Positions 11,259 to 23,639 of a stretch of DNA of 64,000 nucleotides are shown piece after piece; the stretch's first letter is position 1, and every line of letters starts with the position of its first letter. The position numbers were made by a program, and so were the translations under genes. The stretch is taken from contig NC_057730.1 in NCBI RefSeq assembly GCF_004010195.1, forward strand, positions 32,334,271 through 32,398,270. The letters run 5' to 3'. The notes beneath the pieces were generated by a model. That model had not been told where the DNA came from, ran no database searches, and saw only the letters and a program-made list of their open reading frames with translations. Source of the DNA: Chiloscyllium plagiosum (Eukaryota).

Positions 11259-11327
11259 GGCTAGCTGAGTTGGTAGAGCATGCGACTCTTAATCTCAGGG
11301 TTGTGGATTCGAGCCTCCCGTTGGGTG
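11255..11327 (+). pseudogene. tRNA-Lys(CTT) pseudogene / retrocopy, full length 73 nt
   Basis: GCCCGGCTAGCTGAGTTGGTAGAGCATGCGACTCTTAATCTCAGGGTTGTGGATTCGAGCCTCCCGTTGGGTG; anticodon CTT at 11288-11290. About 8 differences from the common vertebrate tRNA-Lys-CTT (recalled), several breaking D, anticodon or T stems. Confidence 0.9.
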
Positions 11328-11625
11328 GAATACTGTTTTGGTCAGTTGGAAGCAGACATATGAATAGCTGCGCCGAAAGAAACAAACTGTCAAGAAAAAT
11401 ATTTCCATAGAGTTCCTACTTCACTATCTGGTATGGAGTCTATTTGTAACTTATTGTGATGTACAATGAATACTGTGTGTAATGGAAGTCCATGTAATTG
11501 TTTATTCGAAACTGCATGTACATCCTAAGTTAATGAGATGTTATTGGATACTGTGATTATAACTTAGCTCAGTGAGAATAAATTAAACACAGCATTGTTA
11601 GATTAGTTCTTTCTAATAACTGTAC

Positions 11626-11761
11626 CTGTACAAATTTGAAGATTGCAAAGGCTGGGCCACTTTGCTGTGGATACAGGATGCCAAGAATGCTATAGAGTTG
11701 AGTGTTGAAGCAACTGTCACCAAGGCCAAGGAGGAAGCTGCTTACCAATGCTGCAGAGGGA
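11626..11761 (-). CDS. MFSD11: MFSD11-like exon 12 (136 nt)
   Basis: PSAALVSSFLLGLGDSCFNTQLYSILGILYPQQSGPAFAIFKFVQ; CAG/GT sites; phase 2 to 0. Confidence 0.95.
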
Positions 11762-12205
11762 CTGGAAACACAATAACTGTTGTTGGTACTGTCCTGCCTG
11801 TGACACCAAGAATCATCATCAGCTATGAAACAATCTGATCCAGCTCTGAGTTCTTACGCTTCTATCACAATACTGTCTGTGCTCAATATCTGTCTAAACC
11901 CCAGTTCTGCTCAACACCTTGACTCTGCCCATAACCAATACTTCCAGACACCCCAAGTCTAGCTTATGTCCCAAAACAGCCCAAAACCTCTATTTTACCA
12001 TTCCCCCAATCTACCTGACTTCCCGATGCCAACTGGTACCCAAAATACTGCTCACAACTCGATCTCCAGTTGCTCAGAAGGTGATGCTGAGGCTTCACCT
12101 TGAACTGTTGGTTAATTGGCACAATGGTACAATTGTTACAATAATTGTATAACAATTGACAGTCTATTAGGCCAATTCAGAAGATAGTGAAGATTCAGTC
12201 ACATT

Positions 12206-14229
12206 GTCATAGAGATGTACAGCATGGAAACAGAGTCTTCGCCCAATTCGTCCATGCTGACCAAATATCCCAACCCAATCTAGTCCCACCTGCCAGCATC
12301 CAGCCATATCCATCCAAACCCTTCCTAATGAGAAAACCCTTCAAAATGTTGTAATCGTACTAGCCTCCACCACTTCCTCTGGCAGCCCATTTCACACACG
12401 CACCACCCTCAGCGAGAAATGGTTGCCCCTTAGGTCTCTTTTATATCTTTTCCCTCTCACTCTAAATCTATGCCCTCCAGTTCTGGACTTTCTCACCCCA
12501 GGAAAAAGACCTTTTCTATTTACCCTCTCCATGCCCCTCATGATTTTACAAACCTCTATAAGATCACCCCTCAGCCTCTGACGCTCCAGGGAAAACAGCC
12601 CCAGCCTGTTCAGCCTCTCCCTGTAGCTCAAATCCTCCAACCCTGGCAAAGTCCTTGTAAATCTTTTCTGAACCCTTTCAGTTTCACAACATCCTTCTGA
12701 TCGGAAGGAGACCAGAATTGCATGCAATATTCCAAAAATAGCCTAACCAATGTCCTGTACAGCTGCAACATGACTTCCTAACTCCTATACTCAATACTCT
12801 GACCAATAAAGGAAAGCATGCCAAATGCATTCTTCACTATCCTATCTGCTTGTGACTCTACTTTCAAGGAGCTCTTTGTTCAGCAACACTCCCTAGGACC
12901 TTAACATTAAGTGTATAAGTCCTGCTAAGATTTGCTTTCCCAAAAGGCAGCACCTCGCATTTATCTGAATTAAACTCCATCTGCCACTCCTCAGCCCATT
13001 GGCTCATCTGATCAAGATCCCATTGTAATCTGAGGTAACCTTCTTCGCTGTCTACTACCTCCAATTTTGGTGTCATCTGCAAACTTACTAACTGTACCTC
13101 TTATGCTCACATCTAAATCATTTATATAAATGACAAAAAGTAGAGGACCCAGCACCGATCCTTGTGGCACTCCACTGGTCACGGCCTCCAATCTGAAAAA
13201 CAACCGTCCACCACCACCCTCTGTCTTCTACCTTTGAGCCAGTTCTGTATCCAAATGGCTAGTTCTCCCTGTATTCCATGAGATCTAACCTTGCTAACCA
13301 GTATCCCATAGGGAACCTTGTTGAAAGCCTTACTGAAGTCCATATAGATCACATCTACCACTCTGCCCTCATCAATCCTCTTTGTTACTTCTTCAAAAAA
13401 TTCAATCAAGTTTGTGAGACATGATTTCCCACACACAAAGCCATGTTGACTATTCCTAATCAATCCTTGCCTTTCCAAATACGTGTACACCTTGTCCCTC
13501 AGGATTCCCTCCAACAACTTGCCTACCACCAATGTCAGGCTCACTGATCTATAGTTCCCTGGCTTGTCCTTACCACCTTTCTTAAAGAGTGGCACCACTT
13601 TAGCCAACCTCCAGTCATCTGGCGCTTCACCTGTGACTATCGATGATACAAATATCTCATCAAGAGGCCCAGCAATCACTTTTCTAGCTTCCCACAGGTA
13701 AGCTAGGTACATGTGATTAGGCCCTGGAGATTTATCCACCTTTATGCGTTTCAAGACATCCAGCACTTCCTCCTCTGTAATATGGACATTTTTCAAGATG
13801 TCACCATCTATTTCCCTACATTCTATATCTTCCATGTCCTTTTCCACAAGATGCAACACTGATGCAAAATACTCGTTTAGTATCTCCCCCATCTCCTGCG
13901 GCTCCTGTTGATCTTTGCGGGGCCCTATTCTCTCTCTCCCTACATAGCCTTTTGTCCTTAATACATTTGTAAAAACCCGTTGGATTCTCTTTAACTCTAT
14001 TTGCAAAGCTATCTCATGTCCCCTTTTTGCCCTCTTGATTTCCCTCCTACCGCCTTTATACTCTTCTAAGGATTCACTTGATCTATTCTGTCTATACCTG
14101 ACATACGCTTACTTCTTTTTATAATCAAACCCTCAATTTCTCTAGTCATGCAGCATTCTCTATACCTACCAGCCTCTCCTTTCACCCTTACAGGAATGTA
14201 TTGTCTCAGTACTCTCATTATCTCATTGC
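12206..14229 (-). mobile_element. CR1 LINE, ~2 kb 5'-truncated ORF2 (RT), frameshifted
   Basis: ORFs 13179-14006, 13012-13203, 12864-13082 and 12392-12727 give [36 protein letters not shown] and RGDLIEV. Confidence 0.97.
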
Positions 14230-14352
14230 TGTGGGTCGAGAGTTACATATAAGCCCAGACTGGTAAAGATAGCAGGCTTCCTTCCCTAAAGTGTGCCGGC
14301 TGGATTTTTGTCACATCCAGCAGTTTTGTATGGTCATTATTGCAGATATTAC

Positions 14353-14527
14353 CTGGGAGACAGATAGGGCTCATAGTGACCGCTGGTTGCACCACCTTTT
14401 GGTGCATCACCTGGGATTATAAGGAAGATCAGATAGAAAGCCAGAAAGTGCACAATGACTCCGAGAAGGATTGCTGAGGTACGTCGGAACTGATTATTGA
14501 TACACAGCAGCCCGAAGACCCCACCCC
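14353..14527 (-). CDS. MFSD11: MFSD11-like exon 11 (175 nt)
   Basis: GGVFGLLCINNQFRRTSAILLGVIVHFLAFYLIFLIIPGDAPKGGATSGHYEPYLSP; phase 1 to 2. Confidence 0.95.
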
Positions 14528-14685
14528 CTGTAACAGAGAGACACAGATTTAATATGTGATCACAACATTGACATCCAGCTGCTCACAAGTATTTCATTTC
14601 TAAACCGGCTAATTGAGCGGCTTAGTTAGTCACCCTATGTCCTACTAAGGTTTCATCAATACCCATTCTAGAGGGATACAGGGAA

Positions 14686-14709
14686 GTCTCTCTCTCTCTC
14701 TCTCTCTCT
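14686..14709. repeat. (CT)n microsatellite
   Basis: About 12 CT units. Confidence 0.9.
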
Positions 14710-14761
14710 GATTTTCAGCACCACAGACAACAACTTGCTCTCAACAAAAGAAAATGTGCTG

Positions 14762-15625
14762 ACCTTCATTTTGCATTTGTTCATGGGATGTGGATATTAC
14801 TGGCTGGGCCAGCATGTATAGTCCATCACTAGCTGCCCTTGAGAAGGTGGCGGAGAATTGTTTTCTTGAGCTGTTGCAGTACTTGGGGAGTAGGTACATT
14901 AACAATACTGTTAAAATAGCAGTTCCATGATCTTGACCCAGCAACAGCGAAGGAATGTATATAGTTCCAAATCAGGAAGGTGAGTGAATTGGAAAAGAAC
15001 TTGTTAATACATGGTGTTGCCCTTGATATTCTATATAGTAGAGATCGTGTGTTTGGAAGGTTTTCTTGAAAAGCATTGGTTGATTGCTGCAGGACAACTT
15101 GTAGATAATGCAAATAGCTACCACCGTTTGTCAGTGGTGAAGCAACTAAGTATAAATGATGGCAAATGGGGTGCAATGAAGAAACCTACTTTGTCATGCA
15201 TAGTATCGGTTTCTTGCATGTTATTGGACCTGCACTATCCAGGTAAGTGGAGAGTATTCCATCATGCACCTGACTTGTGCCTTGTAAATGTTGGACAGAC
15301 ACTGAGGAGAAAGAAAGTTATTCACCACAGAATTCTGAGCCTCCAACCTGTTCTTGTAGCTACTGCACTTGCGTGATTGATCCAGTTCAGTTCTGGTCAA
15401 TGGGAGTCCCCAGGATATTGATAATGAGGGATTCAGCAATGGAAATGCCATTAAATATCAAGGAGTGATTGTTGAGATGGTCATTGCCTTGCACTTGAAT
15501 GGAATAAATTATACTTGCCATTTATCAGCTCAAGCCTGGGTCTTGTCTTGATACATTTTGGGCATAGTCTGTTTCAACTGAGAGATCATGAATGGCAATG
15601 AACATTGTGCAATCATCAATGAACA
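14762..15625 (-). mobile_element. Old LINE (L2/CR1-clade) 3' portion
   Basis: YKAQVRCMMEYSPLTW motif. Same family as 23640-24640, 43400-43722 and 60930-61870. Confidence 0.7.
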
Positions 15626-16023
15626 TCTGTGAGAACTTGCAGCAATGAATGAGGAACTACTGTTAATCAGATTGTGGTCCATAACCCTGTGCTTTCCCAC
15701 TTTCTGACAGTTAATTCTAACCAAGGAAGTCATTTGGGCCATTGAACTGACAGGAACATGAAGAGACGAGTTAACCCATTAAGCCACTTTTCTGATATTT
15801 AGTTAGATCCAAGATGACCTTTAAGAGAGAGAATTCAGATTTTCACAACCTTTTCTGATTCCTGATTTCACAGAGAATGTAATGGTTTAGTTTTTATATT
15901 GTGCTACTTTGATCACCCTCACAGACTGTCTATACAACCTCTTACATTGCTCCCCAACATCTAACCTCCTCTGACCTCTCCATCCCACTCTCATGCACTC
16001 TTCCTGACATTTTTCATACTTAC

Positions 16024-16149
16024 CAAGAATCTCTCCAATGCCAATGAATATCCCCGAGAGACCAATCAGACCCTTGGCCATTGTCCCGAACTGTCTGGTG
16101 GCTCCAATGCATGTACCATACACCCCACTGTAAAAGGTCAGCACCAGGC
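16024..16149 (-). CDS. MFSD11: MFSD11-like exon 10 (126 nt)
   Basis: GLVLTFYSGVYGTCIGATRQFGTMAKGLIGLSGIFIGIGEIL; donor GTAAGT. Confidence 0.97.
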
Positions 16150-16657
16150 CTGGAACATGAAAGCCCCCAAAATAAAAGTTAATGAGGGACTGAGCAAATA
16201 AGATTCCAAGAGCAGGTACTGCACAAGTAAAGCTGCCTCTACACTGCCTTTTAAACATTATAATAATCTAATATTCGTCATCAGTTGTCCTTCCTGGTCC
16301 CTAATTGTTAATGTGGTTGAAGTATGGTGGATCCATGTACTTTAGGGACCGGATCAAACTGATATCAAAGTTAATCCCCTACAATGTCAGAGTGAGGGAT
16401 GCAGTGAGTGTCAGGGACTCGGGAGTGGGGGTGAATGTGAGGGGTGGTGGAAGTGAGGGCAGTGTAGGAGTAGATAAGAGATGGGGACAGTGTCAGGAAG
16501 AAGAGATCTGGGACACTATTGGGGTGGAGGAGACATCATCACCACTCCTCTGGTGGTACAGTTTAATTGTCAGATATCAATTCTCACAAAATGCAGTCTA
16601 CACACTCACTCCCTGCTATAAATTCACTCATCCATTGCCATACTCTCACTTACTTAC

Positions 16658-16723
16658 CACTATATGCAATTGGCATGCTCAGTAGCAACATGTTCTTTGT
16701 ACAAAACAACCTCAACATTGACC
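16658..16723 (-). CDS. MFSD11: MFSD11-like exon 9 (66 nt)
   Basis: RSMLRLFCTKNMLLLSMPIAYS; TTTTTCAG acceptor, GTAAGT donor; phase 1 to 1. Confidence 0.93.
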
Positions 16724-17183
16724 CTGAAAAAGAAATTGAACACAGTGAGAAGAGAGTGAATTTCTATATTAGCCATGAAAATTGAGGCTGAGAGGATTTC
16801 TCAGTTTCAGCCTTTGTATTCTGACCAATGATTGGGTCATTATACCAAGCACCAGAATCTCCAACATCACTTGTAGGGTCACGTCCCTGGGACATGTCTC
16901 TGACAGACCACATCATCTTCAGAGTCAAAGCAAAGGGTTTCCATCTCATTGAGTGTTCCAAGCCGCCCACATCTCAGAATACTCTTGTTACCCACAAACA
17001 CTATTCCACCCCATACTCTGCCCACTGAAACATTCAATCAATAATGCATAGATCCCATTGAAAACTCATTGTATTCCCCCAATTAATAATGTATCACCTT
17101 CCTCTTTTTAATCAATGACCAAGTATATCCCCAAATCACTAATCCACTGTACATCACAATCACTGTTCACCGTAGCCTATAAG

Positions 17184-17952
17184 ACATAAAACATAGAAAC
17201 AAAGGTAGACCATTCAGCCCATTGAGCCTGCTCTGCCATTTAATTGGAACATGACTGATCTGATAATCCACTTGCCTGTCTCCTCCATAGCCCTTGATTC
17301 CATTACTGATAAAACATCTGTCTTATCTCGACCTTGAAATTCTTAACAACCTGGCTTTTATAGCTTTCTGTACTAAAGAATTCCATACATTCACTACCTT
17401 CTGAAAAGAAAAAAATTCCATCTCATCTTTTTCTTAAATGGGCAATCCCTTACTCTGAGATTATGCCCTCTGGTCTTAGACTCTCCCATAACGGGAAACA
17501 ACCTCTCAGGCATCTATTCTGTCAAGTGCCCTGTGTTTCTTTGAGGTCACTTCTCATTCTTCTAAGCTCCAATATGTACAGGCCCAACTTCCTCAACTTC
17601 TATACATGAGAAAGTCCCTCCATACCCAGGATCAACCTAGAGAACCTTGTCTAGACTGCTTCTAATACTAGGCCAGCCAACCAAAACTGTTCGTACTATT
17701 GTAGGTGTCAACCGACTAGTTCCTTACATAGTTTTAGCAAGACCTGTTTATTTTTGCACTCCATTCCCTTTGAAATAAAGGCCATCAGTCGATTTGCTTT
17801 CTGTATTATCCACTAAACTTGTATGCCAGCTTTGTGATTTATGTATGAGGACACGCAAATCTGGCTATACTGTAGCTTTCTGCAGTCTTTCTCCATTTAA
17901 ATAATATTCAGCTCCTCTATTCTGTCTGCCAAAATGTATTACCTCAAATAAC
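17184..17952 (-). mobile_element. Old CR1 LINE 3' fragment
   Basis: EVIHFGRQNRGAEYYLNGERL; CATAAGACATA-type tail. Confidence 0.8.
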
Positions 17953-17954
17953 TG

Positions 17955-18285
17955 ACCCACTGTACAGCTCCAATCATGAACCCACATTGCATTTCCAATT
18001 GCTAACCCACCAAAGCTCTCAAACACATATACTTTACTCCAATCACTAACCCTCATACATTGCAAATCACTAACTGACCATACATACCAATCACTAACTC
18101 ACCTTAACCCGCCATTAACTAACCCACTCTACCCTCCAGTCTTTATCCCACCATATCCCTCAAGCATTAGTCCACCATACCCCTAAATTACTAATCTACT
18201 ATATCTTTCAATCACTCCTCAAGCACTAACCCGCTATGCCCCTCAAACACTATACCATTTTCTCCTGACTATGCCCACCACTAAA
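17955..18285. repeat. Low-complexity degenerate CACTAACCCAC-like repeat
   Basis: Repeated CACTAAC / CCAC / CCCTCA words, C/A-rich. Confidence 0.5.
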
Positions 18286-18378
18286 ATGTGTCAGTTCAGA
18301 ACCATATCTCATTTGAGAGCATTTAACAGGAACAGAAGTCCAGAATGAGTTAAGCATTTGTGAAGAGGAACAACTTAC

Positions 18379-18428
18379 TGAACTCTGATGTGATCTGATC
18401 CAGGGTCGACATCGCCTTCTCCTTAAAC
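18379..18428 (-). CDS. MFSD11: MFSD11-like exon 8 (50 nt)
   Basis: FKEKAMSTLDQITSEF; TAG acceptor, GTAAGT donor; the phase 2-to-1 change exactly bridges exons 7 and 9. Confidence 0.82.
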
Positions 18429-18489
18429 CTAGTCAACATTGAAACAAATCAGGTCTTTGTAAAGACTAATATTACATTCAAAAGTAAAG

Positions 18490-18890
18490 GAAGATTTGCA
18501 TTATACAGCACCTTCCACAACATCTGGATGTCCCAAAGTGCTTTGCAGCCAGCTACAGTCATTGTTGTAATGTAGGAAATGTGACATGGTGGCCACATCC
18601 AAAAACACATATGTGTTGTTCACAAAGATAATCTGTTTGAGGTGTTAGCTGAACAATAAACATGGATTAGGACAACAGGACAACACCCTTGTGCATGTCC
18701 GAAACAATGCCTCAGGATTCCTAACATCCCGAAATAAGATGAATGGGTGGATGGCATTTAAATTTGCCTTGCTCCTTAAAATTACACTGGACTGTCAGTC
18801 TGGACTTTGTGCTCAAGTCTTTAAAGTTGGACTTGAACCCAGATCTTCTGACTGTGAGACAGCAGCGCTATCCACAGAGCGATGTCTGGC
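18490..18890 (-). mobile_element. Deu-core SINE (SacSINE1/AmnSINE1-like), degenerate
   Basis: Reverse complement has TTTCCTACATTACAACAATGACT...AAAGCACTTTGGGACATCC; related to 45809-46100. Confidence 0.6.
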
Positions 18891-19118
18891 ATAAACGTGC
18901 TTTTAACAGATCATTTTTCCAATGTGTTTTTTTGGGGTTTTACACATTATTTATTTCAATATAGTGAGATCCTGATCTCAGCCTGGGTAATTGGGAACAG
19001 GGTAAGAGACTTTTTAGTGGCCAGTTTTAGAATTGCATGGCATTTATCTTCCTGAATTCAGAACCATCCATGATATATGGAGATGAGCCAATGCACTGGT
19101 TTTCACTTGAGTACTTAC

Positions 19119-19257
19119 AGCCTAGAATCAAGAAGTAGAGGATCATTGATCTCCGAGTGGTGGTGCAAGTGTTTGATGTTTTTCAGCGCAAGTAGGATGA
19201 CTGTCCCAACAAGAGAGATCACGAACAATACGATAAACAAAGTACTCCTGTCATGGT
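19119..19257 (-). CDS. MFSD11: MFSD11-like exon 7 (139 nt)
   Basis: DHDRSTLFIVLFVISLVGTVILLALKNIKHLHHHSEINDPLLLDSR; donor GTAAGT. Confidence 0.92.
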
Positions 19258-19443
19258 CTGATAAGTCAAAAAGAAAAATAAACTTGCATTTCCAAATTTT
19301 CCTTCATAATCTCAAGACATCTCAAAGTTCGAGATGTATAATAACATCTCCCTGAACAGTTTGATTATAAAATATCTACTTCACTAGTCACCGCTTGCCG
19401 CTCATAAAAAAAGAACAGTGCAGAATTTTAGGGCTGTTGTGGT

Positions 19444-19663
19444 TGTAGTGATAGTAACAAAGTCAGCCAAGTGAATTTCAAAGAATATGAGTTCCCTGAT
19501 TGGCGCTGTTAATCTGATCCAATCAGAAAGCCTTGGCTGACTGATAAGAATAGGAGGGTCAGGCATTCTATTCACTATGAGAGCTGGTTTGTTATCAAGG
19601 GCTCCCCAAGTGTAAAACAAGGGTGACTTGGTACTGGGATACCAGCTTCTTGGAGTTATTTCA
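19444..19663 (+). mobile_element. Probable solo LTR inserted in the head of a short SINE
   Basis: TG...CA termini (TGTAGTGATAGTAACA...GAGTTATTTCA), internal CCAATCA, flanked by GTGGT / GTGGC. Confidence 0.6.
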
Positions 19664-19770
19664 GTGGCGCAGTGGTAGTGTTCCTATTTCTGAGCGAGGA
19701 GGCCTGGATTCAAGTTCCACCTGCTCCGGGGGTGTGTCATTACATCTCTGAACAGATTGATTAGGAAAAA
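19664..19770 (+). mobile_element. Short (~110-bp) tRNA-headed SINE family
   Basis: GTGGCGCAGTGGTAGTG...GGATTCAAGTTCCACC...CATCTCTGAACAGATTGATTAG. Other copies near 10625-10705, 23072-23182, 26905-27020 and 58760-58840. Confidence 0.65.
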
Positions 19771-21879
19771 TGTGCAGAACTCCTTCAATACTATGTCAGC
19801 CTGATTATGGAACCATGTTGCTCATGATGGGCTCAAACCCATGATCTACTTATTCAGAAGCAAGTGATCTGACCCTGTATCCCAGGAGATATGTCCTATA
19901 CATATAGTACTCAGTGCCTGAGTAAGTGGAGGTTATAGTAGAATGATGCTATTGTCCCATTAGGGAGTTAGGAAGACCAAGTCAGACAGGGAGGCCCAGA
20001 CGGTTAGAAGGGTCAAGATAGTCAAGAAGGTCAAAGAGAAATAGCAGGGTACTGTCACTCGACTGCTAATCCAGAACCTCAGGCTGGTGTTCTAGGAACA
20101 TGGGTTCCAATCCCAGCATAGTAAATGGTGAAACTTGAAATCAACAACATCTATAATTAAAAACTCGCCTAATGTTGACACTGTAACCATTGCTGACTGT
20201 CATAAAAATGATTTTCTCATGCCCTTTAGTGCTGGAAATCTGACATCCATACCTGGTCTGGCCGATAGGCCTTCTTCAGTTCTATTTAACCATATAAAAT
20301 TCAAAATAAAAGGAATGAATCCAGACTACCTGACAGCAACTCAGGAACCAGAACCTATGACAGCAAACACAATCCTGTTGACTCTGTCAGGTCCTCCTTA
20401 CAACATCTGTGGGCATGTGCCATAGACTAGTCGTACTGACAGAATTTACAGGTAATGTTCCAGACACAATCATCACTCTACTGGGTACGTCCTGTCCCAT
20501 GAGTGCAGGAGTATATAGTTAGTACATAGTTGCCCTGGGAGTCTTCAACATTAATTCCAGACCCCATGAAGTCTCGTAGCATCAAGTAAAAAAAAGGGAA
20601 GGACACCAACTGCTAATTACCACCTACCGTTCCCTCTTTGGCTGGTGTATCAGTACTCAATCAAGTTAAACACTTTGGACCAAGCACTGAATATTCTGCC
20701 ATGAGAATCCCCAAGACCAGTTTGGTTGCACCTCTGCTGACCAAGCTGGCTTAGTTCTATAGGACATAGCTGCGAGACTGGATTTGCAGTAAGTGATGAG
20801 GGAACCAACAAGATGGGAAAACTGCATAGGTTCTACTCAACCTCACCAATCTATCTACTGTAGATATAACTGTACATGATATTTATAAGAGTGACCACTG
20901 CATAGTCCTTGGAGACAAAGCCCATCTTCACACCTTGGATATCACCAGCATCACATAATGCTATGCTGTCATCATGCTAAATGGGACAATCTTGGAACAG
21001 ATCTAGCCACTCAAACTGGGTATCCATGTAATGTTGTGGGCATTGATATCAGTAGAACTGTATTCAGCCACAATCTGTAATTTCCTGGCTGGACATATCT
21101 CCCACTGTGCCACTAGCATCAAGCTAGGAGATTAACCCTTGTTCAATGACAATCTCAGGAAGGCGTGCAAAGAGAAGCATTCCATTCAACTCTTGACCCC
21201 ATTGCAACCTTGGTTTGTTTAACAGACAAAGACACAAATGTTGAATTGTCAAATAAAAGATTTTCAGAGATTTATATATGTTTTATTGTAAACCAGTAGT
21301 GTAGCAGAATCACGATTTCTACTTTTTCCTTCTCATACCTTCCAACATTTCCCACCACAACACTCCACGCCCCCACAATCACTCCTATTTAAGAAGAACT
21401 CTGCTCTTTTTTAATGTAAATCAATTAACAATAAACTATTCACCAGCAGCAGTGTAACTATAACCAAAAACTCACCATCAAAAGGGAGAAATTGGGGGGG
21501 GATGGGGTTAAATCAAGTTGGAATTTGAGAGGATAATAAGACCATAAGTTATAGGAACAGAATTTGGCCATTTGGCCCATTCAGTATGCTCCACAATTCT
21601 ATCAGAACTGATATATTTCTCAACTCCATTCTCCTGCCTTCTCCCTAAAACCTTTGATTCCCTGACTAGTCAAGAACCTATCTACCTTGTCTTAAATACA
21701 GACAATGACTTGGCCTCCACAGTCTTCTGTGGCAATAAGTTCCACAGATTCACCATCCTCTCTAGGCCTCACAGTATTCTGTAAGCTTCAATAAGATCCC
21801 CCTCATCCTTCTAAACTCCATTGAGTACTAATCCAGGGTACTCAGCCACTTCTCATATGACAAGGTCTTCATCCCCTGA

Positions 21880-22145
21880 TGGACCCCAGCCATCATGGCC
21901 CACACCAATGCCGGAAAGCTTCCAGGGTGTTAGTGGACACTGTGTGCTACCTCTCCAAAGACACCTGGATATTGACATAACCATAAAAAGAGGCAGGGAG
22001 TTGTGAGCTGTAGATAGTTTGGCCAGGTCCAGATGTAGGCGCATGAGGAGATCTTCAGACTTTCCATCCACACCAGATGAAGAACTCTTTCTTACTTTTA
22101 GGGAAACCCAATCACCAAACAATAAGAAACAACTACTACCCAACA
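21880..22145 (-). mobile_element. Tx1/L1-clade LINE ORF2 3'-end relic
   Basis: SEDLLMRLHLDLAKLS resembles the Tx1-like C-terminal DLL.LLL.LAK motif. Confidence 0.45.
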
Positions 22146-23344
22146 GGGATAATGTGACAAGAACCCAATATCAACAACTGAAACAACAACAGTAGGGAAG
22201 GGCGGGAGGAAAGGGGGAGAATTAAATTAAAATAGAATTGGAGAGGAAAATAATACAGCCCAACCCCCGCATTTTTATATAATCTAATTCACCAAATAAA
22301 AGACCAATTAATGAACACTGCCCACCAAGGGCAGTGAAATAGGGACGGTAAGGAAGAAAGGCAGGGAATTAAATTAAAATGGAGTTGGAAGGCAAAATAA
22401 GGTATTTCTGAATGCATCATTGAATGGTGTTTTTTTCCACTACCAAATCACCCATGTTACTTGTTTCTTTTGTCCTCCATCACTAAATCACCTGTGTTTC
22501 TGGTCCAATTACCAATTTGCATACAAAGCTTACAGGGGTACCAATTTTTAAAAAATATTGTGTTTTATATCGAGAGGTGCTTTAATGCACAACTGAACAA
22601 TTCCTTTAACCACCAAATTACCTGTGTTACTTTTTTCTCCTTTATCTTCCACCACTAAATCAATTGTGTTTCTAATCGATTACCAGTATCATATGCAAAA
22701 CCCATCGGGACAGTGCAGTAACACCAAAAAGTGAGGAAAAGGAAGGGGGAGAGGATGGGGACTAAATCAAAATGGAACCAGTTTCTTTTTTCATTTTTAT
22801 TGCAGACCCACAACTTTTATACAAATTTTACTTTTATTTCAAATATTTTAAAAGAATGAAAAGCAATTTAGTTTTATAAGCAGACACATACAGAGCTCAG
22901 TTCTACCAGAGTGAAACTGCCATTACCACCTTTCACCAAACCACACTCATAAACAGCACAAACTTTTCCTTACACCTGACGGAATCACTTGGGACTAATA
23001 TTTTCAAGATGAACTAAAGGCTTCAGGCAACGTGCAATTTGTTTTGTACATTTTCTAATCAACCTGTTAAATGGCTCTTGTGATGCAGTGATAATTTCCT
23101 TATCTCTGGACCAGGAGACCTGGGTTTAAGTCCTACTTGAACTATGTACTAACATCTCTGATACAGGTTGCTTAGAAAATATCTTTTGGTTGACCATTAA
23201 AAGGTCTTGTATTTCTAATATTGACAACTCAACTACTGACAAAAGAACTGTACTCCAGAGATGAGGTGAGATTGACTGTCCTTGACATTAGGGGAGCATC
23301 TAATCAACTGGCATCAAGGAGCCCAAGAAAAAGTGGAGTTTAAA

Positions 23345-23639
23345 TTAGATTAGATTAGATACAACAAGTCCACACCGACCCGCCGAAGCGCAACCCACCC
23401 AGACCCCATTCTCCTACATTTACCCCTTCACCTAACACTACAGGCAATTTAGCATGGCCAATTCACCTAACCTGCACATTTTTGGATTGTGGGAGGAAAC
23501 CAGAGCACCCGGAGGAAACCCACGCAGACACAGGGAGAATGTGCAAACTCCACACAGTCAGTAGCCTGAGGCAGGAATTGAACCCAGGTCTCTGGTGCTG
23601 TGAGGCAGCAGTGCTAACCACTGTACCACCGTGCCGCCC
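23345..23639 (-). mobile_element. HE1-type (V-SINE) shark SINE
   Basis: tRNA head GGCGGCACGGTGGTACAGTGGTTAGCAC, V-domain TGTGTGGAGTTTGCACATTCTCCC, (AATCT)n tail. Confidence 0.9.

Noticed and set aside
11255-11327. Functional tRNA-Lys gene
   Set aside because: Substitutions disrupt D, anticodon and T stems and the B box (GATTC for GGTTC), and it lies inside a TSD-flanked insertion.
13179-14006. 275-aa ORF as a host gene
   Set aside because: CR1 ORF2 fragment with frameshifts on both sides.
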